A DNA stretch of 64,000 bases from the human T2T-CHM13v2.0 reference genome, Homo sapiens, in assembly GCF_009914755.1 (NCBI RefSeq), contig NC_060947.1. One strand, 5' to 3'. Made by a program: the position numbers and the translations under genes. The notes below the pieces were generated by a model. The model was not told the DNA's origin and searched no databases. It was given only the letters and a program-made list of their open reading frames with translations. Numbering within the stretch: position 1 is the first letter of the stretch; each line of letters opens with the position of its first letter. This document shows positions 17,906 to 33,980 of the stretch, piece after piece.

Positions 17906-19693
17906 ATGAACCTGTTTGTACATTACTCAGACTCAGGTATTTCTTTATAGCAATGCAATGACTAATACAAGGAATTGCTACCAAGCAGTTGGCCATTGCT
18001 ATAAAGATACCTAAAATGTGGAAGCAACTTTGGAACTGGGTAATAGGCAGAGGCTGGAAACTTTGGAGGGCTCAGAAAAAGACAGGAAGATGAGGGAAAG
18101 TTTGCAACTTCCTAAAGCTGGGTTAAATGGTTCTGACCAAAATGCTGATAGTGATATGGACTGTGAAATCCAGGCAAACAAGGTGTCAGATAGAAGAACT
18201 AATTGGGAACTGGAACAAGTCACACCTTATGCCTTAGAAAAGAATTTGTGTGCATTCTGTTCATGCCCTTGGGATATGTGGATGTTTGAGCTTGAGAGTG
18301 GTGACCTAGGGTATGTGGCAGAAGAAATTTCCAAGCAACAGTGTTCATAAAGTAGGGTGGCTGCTCCTAATAGCCTACGCTCAGACAAAGAAAGGACTTA
18401 AAATTGGAATTTATATTTAAAAGGGAAGCAGAGAATAAAAGTTTGAAAATTTGGGTGCCTAGCTGTGTGGCAAACAAAGAAGAAGCTTTCTGGGGAGAGA
18501 AATTCAAGCAGGCTTCAGAGCAACCACTTGCTAGAAAATTTTGCATAGCTAAAAAGGAGTTAAGTACTCTTATCTAAAACAATGGGGAAAAGGCCAGGAA
18601 GGCATTTCCAAGACTTTGTGGCAACCTCCCCCCCCACAGCCCCAGGGGCCTGGAAAGGAAGAATGGCTTCTTGGGGCAGGCCCAAGGCCCTGCTACCTTT
18701 GTTCAGCCTTGGGAGTCTGCTACTTGCATCCCGCCATTCTAACTCCAGCCTTGGCTCAAAGGGGACCAGGTACAGCTCAGGCTGCCACTTTGGAGAATGT
18801 AAGCCATAAGCCTTGCTGATTTCCACATGGTGTTTAGCCTGTAGGCATGCAGAATGCAAGAATGAAGAACACTTGGCACCCTCCACCTAGATTTCAGAGG
18901 ATAAATGGAAAAGCCTGGGTGCCCAGACAGAGGACTGCTACAAGCGCAGAGCCTCTTCAGAGAACCTCTACTAGGGAAATGCCAAGGAGAAATATGAGAT
19001 TGGAGCCCCCATACAGAGTCCCTACTGGGGCATTGCCTAGTGGTGCTGTAAGAAGGGGGCCACCATCCTTCAGATCCCAGAATGGTAGATCCACTGGGAG
19101 CTTGCACCCTGCACTGGGAAAAGCCACAGTCACTCAATGTGTGAGAGCAGCCATGGGGGCTGTATCTAGCAAAGCCACAGGAGTGGAGCTGTCCAAGGCC
19201 TTGGGAACCTACTCCTTGCACCAGTGTGCCCTGGATGTTGGACATGGAGTCAAAGAAGATTATTTTGGAGCTTTAAGAGTTAATGACTACCCTGTTGGGT
19301 TTCAAACTTTCATAGAGCCTGTAGCCCCTTTCTTTTGGCCTCTTTCTCCCTTTTGGAATGGGAATGTTTACCCAATGCCTATGCCCCCTCATTGTATCTT
19401 GGAAATAAATAACTTCTTTTGATTTTACAGGTGAAAGGGGCTTGCCTTATCTCAGATGAGACTTTGGACTTGGGACTTTTGAGTTCATGCTGGAATGACT
19501 TAAGACTTTGGGGGACTATTGGGAAGGCGTGATTGTATTTTGCAATGTGAGGATATGAGATTTGGCAGGGGCAGGGGCAGAATGATATAGTTTGGATGTT
19601 TCTCTCTGCCCAAATCTCATGTTGAAATGTAATCTCCAATGTTGAAGGTGGGGGCTTGGTGGGAGGTGTTTGGGTCATGGGGCCAGATCCCTC

Positions 19694-20122
19694 TGTCTCA
19701 CGTGTCTGTGTGAAGAGACCAAACAGGCTTTATGTGAGCAACAAAGCTGTTTATTTCACCTGGGTGCAGGCAGGCTGAGTCCAAAAAAGGAGTCAGCAAA
19801 GGGTGGTGGATTATCATTAGTTCTTATAGGTTTTGGGATAGGCGGTGGAGTTAGGAGCAAAGTTTTGGGGGCAGGGGGTGGATCTCACAAAGTACATTCT
19901 CAAGGGTGGGGAGAATTACAAAGAACCTTCTTAAGGGTGGGAGAGATTACAAAGTACATTGATCAGTTAGGGTGGGGCAGAAACAAATCACAATGGTGGA
20001 TTGTCATCAGTTAAGGCTATTTTCACTTCTTTTCTGGAGCTTCAGTTGCTTCAGGCCATTTGGATGTCTACTTGCAGGTCACAGGGGATATGATGGCTTA
20101 GCTTGGGCTCAGAGGCCTGACA
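19694..20122 (-). mobile_element. HERV-H solo LTR (LTR7 family, LTR7B/C-like)
   Basis: Minus strand starts tgtcaggcctctgagcccaagc and contains cttgagaatgtactttgt repeats and ggtgaaataaacagc. Perfect 5-bp TSD ccctc at 19689-19693 and 20123-20127. Confidence 0.92.
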
Positions 20123-20212
20123 CCCTCATGAATGGCTTGGGCCATCTCCTTGGTGATAAGTAAGCTCTCGATCCGAGTTCACATGAGATCTGATCATTTA
20201 AAAGTGTGTAGT

Positions 20213-20586
<374 letters not shown>

Positions 20587-23360
20587 TCACCTTCCACCAT
20601 GATTGTGACCTCCTTGGGGCTTCACCAGAAGCCAAGAAGATTCTTGTAAAGCCTAAAGAACAATAAGCCAATTAAACTTCTTTTATTTACAAATTATCCA
20701 GTCTCAGGTATTTCTTTAGAGCAATGCAAGAATGGCCTGATACAAACAACAAAGTCCTTTCAAATACCTGGAAAGCCAAGAAGGATGGATACAAACGAGC
20801 CCAAACAACAAGCACTACAATAAATAATGTAATTCTTCAATACCCAGATACCAATGAACTTCTACAAGCATCAAAACCATCCAGGAAAGCATGACTTTGC
20901 CAAATGAACTAAATAAAGTACCAGGGACCAATTCTGGAAAGACAGAAACATGTGACTCTTCAGACAGCGTATTCAAATAGCTGTTTTGAGGAAGCTCAAT
21001 TAAATACAAGGTAACAAACACAAAGAAGGAATTGAGAATCATATCAGATAAATTTTTAAACGCATTGAAATAATATTAAAAAAGAATTAAGCAGAAAATC
21101 TACTTAAATGCAATCTGAATGTGCATTTGACATACTGAAGAATGCATCAGAGTCTTTCACCAGCAGAATTAATCAAGCACAAGAAAGAATTAGTGAGCTT
21201 GAAGACAGGCTATTTGAAAATACATAATCAGATGCAAAAAAGAAAAAAGAATAAAAAGGAATGAAACATACCTACCAGATCAAGAAAATAGTCTTGAAAG
21301 GGAAAATCTAAGAGTTATTGGCCTTAAACAAGAGGTGCAGAGAGAGATAGGGACAGAAGGTTTATTCAAAGGGATAATAACAGAGAAATTCTGAAACCTA
21401 CAGAAAAATATCAGTATTCAAATATAAGAAGGTTATAGAACACAAAGCAGATTTAACCCAAAGAGGACTGCATGAAGGTATTTAATAATCAAATTACCAA
21501 AGGTCAAGAATAAAGAAAGAATCCAAACAGAAGCAAAAGAAAAGAAACAAATAACATACAATGGAGCTCCAATGCGTCTGACAGCAGACAAAGTACTGAG
21601 GGAAAAATTTTTTTACCCTAGAATAGTATATCCAGCAAAAATATCCTTCAAACATGAAGGAGAAATAAAGACTTTCCCAAACAAAAGCTGAGGGATGGCA
21701 TCAACAACAGACCTATCCTACAAGAAGTGCTAAAGAAAGTTCTTCAATCTCAAAGAAAAGGACAATAATGAGCAATAAGAAATCAGCTGAAGGTGCAAAA
21801 TTCACTGGTAATTTCAAGTACCCAGAAAACACAGGATAGTATAACACTGTAATTGTGGTGTGTAAACTACTTATAACTTAAGTAGAAAGAATAAAAGATG
21901 AACCGATCAAAAATAATACAAGAACTTTTCAAGACATAGCACAATGAGATATAAATAGAAGCAAAAAAATTTAAAAGCAGAGAGATGAAGTTAAAGTATA
22001 GAGTTTTTAACATTGTTTTTGCTTGTTTGTTTGTTAGATTATTTTTTAATGCAATCAGTGTTAAGTTGTCATCACTTTAAAATAATGGGTTATAACATAT
22101 TATTTGCAAGTTTCATGATAACCTCAAATCAAAAAAAAATGCAACCGATACACACACAAAAAAAGCAAGACTTTAAAACACACCGCCAGAGAAAATCACC
22201 TTCACTAAAAGGAAGATAGGAAAGAAGAAAAGAAGGAAGAGAAAACCAAACAATAACCAGAAGGCAAATAGCAAAATGGCAGGAGTAAGTCCTTACTTAA
22301 CAATAAATTCACTGAATTAACTATCCAATCAAAAGACATACAGTGGTTGAATGGGTTAAAAAAAAAAAACAAAAAAAAAAACACAAGACCCAGTGACTGG
22401 TTGCCGATCAGAAGCACACTTAACTTATAAAGAAACACATCAACTGAAAATAAAGAGTTGAGAAAAGACTTTCCATGCAAATGAAAACCAAAAAAAAGAG
22501 CAAAAAAATAGATTTCAAGACAAAAACTATAAAAAGAGATAAAAAATGTCATTATATAATGATAAAGGGGTCAATTCAGCAAGATGATGTAAAAATTGCA
22601 AATATATAAGCATCCAATACTGGAGAACCCAGACACATAAAGCAAATCTTATTAGAGCTCAAGAAAGAGATAGACCCCAATACAATAATAGCCACAGATT
22701 TCCACACCCCACTTTCAGCATTACACAGATCATCCAGACAGAAAATCTAGAAAGAAACATCGTACTTAAACTTAACTGTAGACCAAATGGACCAAATAGA
22801 TATTTACAGAACATTTTATCCAATGGCTGCAGAATGTACATTCTTCTCCTCAGCACATGGATTATTCTCAAAAATAGACCACAGGTTAGGCCAAAAAACA
22901 AGTCTTAAATCATTTTTAAAAACTGAGATCATATCAACTATCTTCTCTGCCACAATGGAATAAAAGTAGAAATCACTAACAAGAGTAATTTTAGAAACTA
23001 TACCAAAGCGTGGAAATTAAACAATAAACTCCTGAATGACCAGTGGGTCAATGAAGAAATTAAAGAGAAAATTGAAAAAAATTTTGGAAACAAATGATAA
23101 TGGAATCACAACATACCAAAACCTATGGGATACAGAAAAAGCAGTACTAATAGGGAAGTTTATAGCTATAAGTGACTACATCAAAAAGAGGAAAAACTCA
23201 CCATGAACAAGCTAACCATGCATCTTAAAGAACTAGAAAAGGAAGAGCAAACCAAACTCAACATTAGTAGAAGAAAATAAATAATAAAGATCCGAGCTGA
23301 AATAAAATTAAAATGAAAAAATGATAAAAAAAAATCAATGAAACAAAAAGTTGTTTTTTT

Positions 23361-23955
23361 CAGTGTGGAGATTCCTTAAGGAAAAAAAAGTAGAACTACC
23401 ATTTGATCCAGCAATCCCATTACTGGGTATCTACCCAAAGGAAAAGAAGTCATTACATGAAAAAGATATTTGCACATGCATGTTTATAGCAGGACAATTC
23501 GCAATTGCAAAAATGTGGAACCAACCCAAATGCCCATCAATCAATGAGTGGATAAAGAAACTGTGGTATAATATATATGATGGAATACTACTCACCCTTA
23601 AAAAGGAATGAATTAATGGCATTCACAGCAACCAGGATGGGATTGGAGACTATTATTATAAGTGAAGTAACTCAGGAATGGAAAACCAAATATTGTATGT
23701 TCTCGCTCATAAGTAGGGCTAAGCTATGAGGATGCCAAGGCATAAGAATGCTACAGTGGACTTCGGGGACTTGGGTGGAAAGGGTAGGAAGGCGGACAGG
23801 GATAAAACACCACAAATTGGGTTAAGTATATACTACTCAGGAGATGGGTGAACCAAAATCTCATAAATCACCACTAAAACTTACTCATGTAACCAAATAC
23901 CCCTTGTTCCCCAAAAACCTATGGAAATAAAAACTAAAAAAAAACAAAACAAAAC
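23361..23955 (+). mobile_element. 5'-truncated L1PB (L1PB1-like) inserted in the L1MA ORF2
   Basis: 3'UTR ..ctcatgtaaccaaatacc..aaaacctatggaaataaaaa. TSD aagttg(t/g)tttttt at 23348-23360 and 23966-23978. Confidence 0.88.
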
Positions 23956-24265
23956 ATTTTTTTAGAAGTTGGTTTTTTAAAATGTTAAAACAATTTGACA
24001 AACCTTTAGCAAGATGAACTAAGAAAAAAAGACAGAATTTCTAAATAAAATCAGAGATGAAAAAGGAAACATTAAAATTGATATCACAGAAATTCAAAGG
24101 ATCATTAGTGGCTACTTTGAGCAACTATATGCCAATAAATTGGGAAAGCTAGCAGTAATGGATAAATTCCTAAACACATACAACCTATCAAGATTGAACC
24201 ATGAAAAAATCCAAAACCTGAACAGATGAATAACAAGTAATGAGATAGAAGCCATAATTGAAAGT

Positions 24266-24301
24266 ATCGCTTCTCAGCCTTTTGGCTAAGACCAAGTATA
24301 G
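24266..24301 (+). pseudogene. RNU2: 3'-truncated (tailless) U2 snRNA retropseudogene, U2 nt 1-36
   Basis: atcgcttctcagccttttggctaagaccaagtatag versus U2 ATCGCTTCTCGGCCTTTTGGCTAAGATCAAGTGTAG (3 mismatches). ~21-bp TSD at 24245-24265 and 24298-24318. Confidence 0.92.
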
Positions 24302-26809
24302 AAGCCATAATAAAAAGTCTCCCAGCAAAAAAAAGACAAGAACCCAATGGCTTCACTGCAGAATTTTGCTGATTATTTAAATAGGAACTAATACCAATCC
24401 TATTCAAACTATTCTGAAACATAGAGGACTGGGGAATACTTCCAAACTCATCCTACGAGGCCAATATGACCCTGATACCAAAACCAGACAAAGACACATC
24501 CAAAGAAGAAAACTACAGGCCAATATCCCTGATGAACATTGATACAAGAATCCTCAACAAAATACTAGCAAATCGAATTCAACAACACATTAAAAAAAAT
24601 CATTCATCATGACCAAGTGAGATTTATCTCAGGGATGCAAGGATGGTTCAACATACAACAAATCAGTGAGACACATCATATAAACAGATTAAAAGACAAA
24701 AACCATATGATCATTTCAAATGATGCTGAAAAAACATTTGATGAAATTCAACATCCTTTCATGATAAAAACCTTCAAAAATACTAGATTTACAAGGAATA
24801 TTCCCCAACACAATAAAAACCATATATGACAGACTCACAGCTAGTGTCATACTGAATGGGGAAATACTGAAAGCCTTTCCTTAGATCTAGAACATGATGA
24901 GGATGTCCACTTTCACTACTCTTATTCAACATAGTACTGGAAGTCCTAGCTAGAGCAATCATACAAGATAAATAAATAAAGGGCATTCAAACAAGAAAGG
25001 AAGAAGTCAAATTATCCTTGTTTGAAAATGATATGATATACTTGGAAAAACCTAAAGATTCCACTAAAAACTACCAGAACTGAAAATCAAATTCAGTAAA
25101 GTTGCAGGATACAAAATCAACATGAAAAAATCAGTAGCGTTTCTATATTCCAATAGCAAACAATCTGAAACAGAAATTAAAAAGTAATCCCATTTAAAAT
25201 AGCTATAAATAAAATATAATATCTAAAAATTTACTTAAGCAGACAAATGAAAGACGTCTACAATGAAGAGTATATAAGACTGATCAAATAAATGGAAGAG
25301 AACACCAAAAAATGGAAAGATATTCCAAGTTCATGGATTGGAAGAATCAGTATTGTTAAAACGTTTATACTACCTAAGACAATCTACAGATTCTATGCAA
25401 TCCCTATTAAAATAACAATGACATTCTTCCCAGAAATAGAAAAAGCAATCCTAAAATTTATATGGAACCATAAAAGAACCAGAATAGCTTTGGCTATTCT
25501 GGTGAGGATATGGAGAAAAGGAAACCTTCATACACTATTGGTGGGAACGTAAATTAGTATGGCCACTATGGAGAATAGTTTGGAGGTTCCTCAAAAAACT
25601 AAAAATAGAGCTACCATATGATCCAACAATCCCACTGCTAGGTATATTCCTTCCAAAAGAAAGGAAATCAGTATATTGAAGAGATATCTTGATGCCCATG
25701 TTTTACTGCAGCACTGTTCACAATGGCCAAGATTTGGAAGCAACCTGAGTATCCATCAACAGATAAATGGATAAGGAAAATTTGGTACATATACACAATG
25801 GGGTACTACTGAGCCATAAAAAAGAATGAGATCCTGTGATTTGCAACAACATGAATGGAACTGGAGGTCACTATGTTAGGTGAGATAAACCAGGCACAGA
25901 AAGGCAAATTTCACCTGTTCTGACACATTTATGGGAGTTAAAAATTAAAACAATTGAACTCGTTAAGACAGAGAATAGAATGATTGTTACCAGAGGCTGA
26001 GAAGAGTGGTGCAAGGGGGATGGTTAATGGGTACCAAAATATAGTTAAATAGACTGAAATCTAGTATTTGATAGCACAGCAGGGTGAGTACAGTCAATAA
26101 TGATTTATTGTCCATTTTAAAATAACTTAAAAAACCTGGATCGTTTGTAACACAAAGAAAGGATAAATACTTGAGTTGATGAATACCCCATTTACCAGAT
26201 GTGATTATTATGCATTTTATGCCTGTATCAAAATATATCATGTACCCCATAAGTATGTACACCCACTATGTATCCGTAATAATTATAAGAAATGAATAAT
26301 GACATAGGCAATATTCATTGAATACTAATTAAATGCCAGGGAAGCTTTCAAGCACTGAAAATACAAATATGAATAAGAGACAATCTCTGATCTCCACAAT
26401 AGTGGAATGGGCAGACAGACATGTAAATTCCTTATTATAATGGTTTGTGATGAACACATTTACCTACAAGGATGGATACAACGCATAATCAGGAACAGAC
26501 AATAGCACTGAGTCCTATAATACAGCCTGAAATGTGGTAGCTGTGAAATAAGTATTTGTTAAATACATGAATTAGTGACATAATGCAGAATCCGGGAACA
26601 CTTCATACAAGAAGTACCATTTGAGTAAGGCAGTGCTCACAAGAATTATTTTAAGCACTCAGAGAAGAGAGAGCTCACTGCTTATTGGAGAGAAAACCAA
26701 CAAAATAATTTTAAAAGACGATGTATAAAGACAATGAATTCTGAAAGACACATCTAGAGACCTACAGAGCCTCCAGGTCTTCAAACCTTTGCAGACTTAT
26801 GCAATGAGC

Positions 26810-26975
26810 TATGGTTTGCCAACACTCACTGACCACGAGAATCATCTAAGGAGTGTTTAAAAATGAAATATATTCCTGTGACACAGCCTGATCTCTTAAA
26901 GGTACCTCGGCAGGAACCACTAGTTTCAAAAATCTTCCCACATATCTGATATTCATCCCTGATTGAGAACCACTG
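26810..26975. mobile_element. MER5-like hAT-Charlie relic
   Basis: tgagaaccactg terminus and gaatcatctaaggagtgtttaaaaa motif. Confidence 0.55.
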
Positions 26976-27131
26976 CATAGACCCTACCCCTCCACAAAAA
27001 AAGGCTGTATTGGGATTATCTATTGAGCAGAGAAGGGAAGAGATAGAGAGAAACTCAGCAAGGCCAACCTTTGGTGACCTCCTTTCTCTAATGGCAGCTA
27101 TTAACAAGTCTTCCCTGCAGCAGAAGCTTAC

Positions 27132-29141
27132 CTTTGAGAGCTCTGCCCGCCAATACTTCAGGTAATATTCGCTATCATTCCAGCTGCCTTTATTGAAGTT
27201 GACGTGGGTTATATATTTATTTTGGTCCCCTATATGCACAAAACAAGGTATTGTTCAGAAGTCCTTGAGAAGAATGTCTCACGTATCTGTTCTTGCCATA
27301 ATGTTACCGTCTAACAAGGTACAGACAAAGAAATGGAAAAGTCGGGAGGCAGTGGGGAAGGAAGAATTGAATTACTTCCCTCACTGCTAAAAAAGAAGCC
27401 ACAGTCGAGGTGTGTGTACACCACCCTAATCTGATCTGAACAAAGATATAAATGTCCTTTATAAAGCCTTGAGCCGAGGGATCCTCAAATGACTGGGTAA
27501 ATTTCTGGTACTTCACAGAAAACAGTTTATCCTTAATTTTCAATTTTATTTAAAATGCAAGCCTTCGGTGTCTTTTCACGGTTCAAAGTAATACAGTTCA
27601 CTGTAAAAAAAATTACACAACACAAAAATGAAACAAAAAATAAAACAAAGTCCTATACACCCCTAAGAGAAACCGTTCTGCTATTTACCTTGTGTTAGTC
27701 TGGAAAACTTTGATATACATGTAAGCTAAAATGTTATTACCCCATACATACTATTCTGTAGCCTTTTAAAAATCACTTACTAGCTTGTGGTATTATTTCT
27801 ATGTCAATGCCTATAAATATAGCCTGTCCTTTAAAATAAACACCTCTTTTTCCATTGTATGGATGGATATTTGGGTTCATGACAGTTTTGCTCTTATAAA
27901 CAACACTGAAACAAAACACCCTTTGGATACTAATGTGATTATCTCCTTTCACTAAGTGAATTCTTGGGACAAAAAAATGGTGAGTATATTTTAATACAAG
28001 CTTGCCTTCTAGGAAAGTTAGTCAATTTAGACTACCTCCACACTGTAGGAAATTGCCTGTTACCTCACATCTTCATCCATTCTTGGGCATTAGCAATCTT
28101 TTGAATCTTTGACAGTATGGTAGCTAGAAAAAAATGTACCACCTTATTGTCATTTTAATTTGTACTTCTCTAATTTTTGTGAAGTTAAGCAGCATTTTTC
28201 TCTTGTTTACCGACATTTATATGAACTTCTCCTTTTGGAAATTACCAACTTGAGCCCTTTGCCCATTTTAAAATTTATATTTATGTCTGTTCTATTAATT
28301 TGTAAAAGTATATTTGCATAAGAATATGATCCTAACATTGTGGCATCTTTGTTATACGCTTTTTAATCATGTTTTTACTGTTGATGTGCCAATTTTATTA
28401 TTTCTATGTGATCAAATTGATCCATTTTTTTTTTTAATGGAGTAGGACTTTAGGGCCAAACCAAGGAAATCTCTCATACCCTCCCAATATTCAAACTGAT
28501 TTTTCTATTTTTCCTACAGTAATCACATGGTGTCATTTTTCACATCTAAATTTTAAATCCATCTGGAACTTATTTTTGTTAATGGCATGAGGAAGAAGCC
28601 AACCTTGTGAGCCACCCTCCTCTCATTTTCAGACAGCTTCATGTGTTTAGCTATATATATCTTGTAGGTAAATGTTCAGCCTCAGTGAATTTAGTTTCAG
28701 ATGCAGCTTTTTTTTTCTTGTTTTAAGCTCACATCCTTTGAGTTATGGGAAGACAGGAATAAATTTAGTAGATTTACTCATTACACACTGCATTCCACAG
28801 AGGTAAATGGTCCTATATAATCCATTTGTACCAGGTATTGCTCAGTAGAAAGAACACTTACGTAGTCTACTCCATTGCTTTTCAAACTATTCTAAGAATA
28901 TACCAGACCCCTAATACAAAGTAATGAAAAAGAAATTATATTGATACTGGAATCAACTGCAGTGTTAAAGTAGCTTAAAATCAGACATTCTATCTTTAAA
29001 AAAAAGAAAAAAAACTTACAATTTTCCTTTACTTACCTGTCCAAAGAAGGCTTCCCATTCTCAAATATGAGATATCTTAAAGCAAGATTTGATCAAAGCA
29101 AGTGTCAAAGATCAAGTGATATTATGATAATTTATAAGTAC
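27132..29141 (-). pseudogene. Three candidate decayed exons (29037-29141, 28862-28910, 27132-27229) of an unidentified multi-exon gene
   Basis: Donors CAG|GTAAGT, TAC|GTAAGT and AAG|GTAAGC. Pyrimidine/AT-rich AG acceptors. Phases 0-0, 0-1 and 1-0 chain together. Three in-frame stops (TGA, TGA, TAG). Confidence 0.45.
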
Positions 29142-29270
29142 CTATAATAAATTTAGTGCATCAACTAGTGTATTCAGAAAATAATTCCTGGAAATATATA
29201 AAGATGAAAATAAGCACAGCACTTATTTTTGAACAGCATAAAATATATGCATATATATTATATATAAAAT

Positions 29271-29321
29271 GTCTACGGCCATACCATCCTGAACGCGCCT
29301 GATCTCGTCTGATCTTGGAAG
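29271..29321 (+). pseudogene. RNA5S: 5S rRNA pseudogene fragment (nt 1-51)
   Basis: gtctacggccataccatcctgaacgcgcctgatctcgtctgatcttggaag matches the human 5S 5' end with 3 C>T changes. Confidence 0.93.
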
Positions 29322-29389
29322 GTGGATTTTTTTAATATTGAATTTTGAATAAAAAGTTTACTGAAAAGTTCATTCCTATAATTAATAAT

Positions 29390-29590
29390 AAAGTGTAATG
29401 TAATTGAAAATTGCTAAGAGAGTAGATTTTAAATGTTCTCATTACCAAACTGATAAGTATGTGAGGCGATTGATATGTTAATTAGCTTTATTTAATCATT
29501 CCACAATGTATACCTATGTAAAAACATCACATTGTACACCATAAAGATATATAATTTGTTGTTTTTTCAATCAAAAGTAAAAATAATAAA
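29390..29590 (+). mobile_element. L1MA 3' end fragment
   Basis: aattgctaagagagtagattttaaatgttctc..gataagtatgtgagg.. Confidence 0.75.
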
Positions 29591-29635
29591 TAGTTTCACC
29601 TTTAGAAGTCTGAAACATACTATTTCAAACTCCAC

Positions 29636-29970
29636 TGTTTTGGTTATCTATTGCTGCATAAGAAATTACCACTAAAATTCATTAGCTTAAAACAGTACCC
29701 TTTAAAAAAATACATCTCAAAATTTTGAGGGTCACAAATTCAAGCAGGACTCAGCTAGGTGATTCTTCTACTCCATGTGGTGTCAACTGAAGTCATCTGG
29801 TGGGATTCAGTTGGCAAATAGGCTGGTCTGGAGGGTCTAAGAAGACTTCACTCACATATCTGTCACCTTGGCAGGGATGCTTTAAAGTCTGTGTTCAGCT
29901 AGAACTGTCAATCAGGGTGCCTACATGCAGTCCTTCTAGCATGGTGGTCTCAGGGTAGTTGGATTTCATA
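29636..29970 (-). mobile_element. MLT1 LTR fragment
   Basis: ttatctattgctgcataagaaattaccac..agcttaaaaca is the reverse complement of an MLT1 3' end. Confidence 0.7.
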
Positions 29971-29999
29971 TGTCTTCAGTCTTTTTATGGACTTCATAC

Positions 30000-33980
<3,981 letters not shown>

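Noticed and set aside
18018-19422. 110-191 aa ORFs as novel genes
   Set aside because: They are MST internal (MaLR) ORF remnants or their antisense frames.
26826-27239. 137-aa minus-strand ORF as a single-exon gene
   Set aside because: It starts at GTG and its C-terminal part runs through a MER5-like relic. Only 27132-27229 looks exon-like.
27132-27386. Alternative longer exon from the acceptor at 27387
   Set aside because: Five stops in the phase-compatible frame. The 98-nt exon is more parsimonious, although a frameshifted longer exon cannot be excluded.
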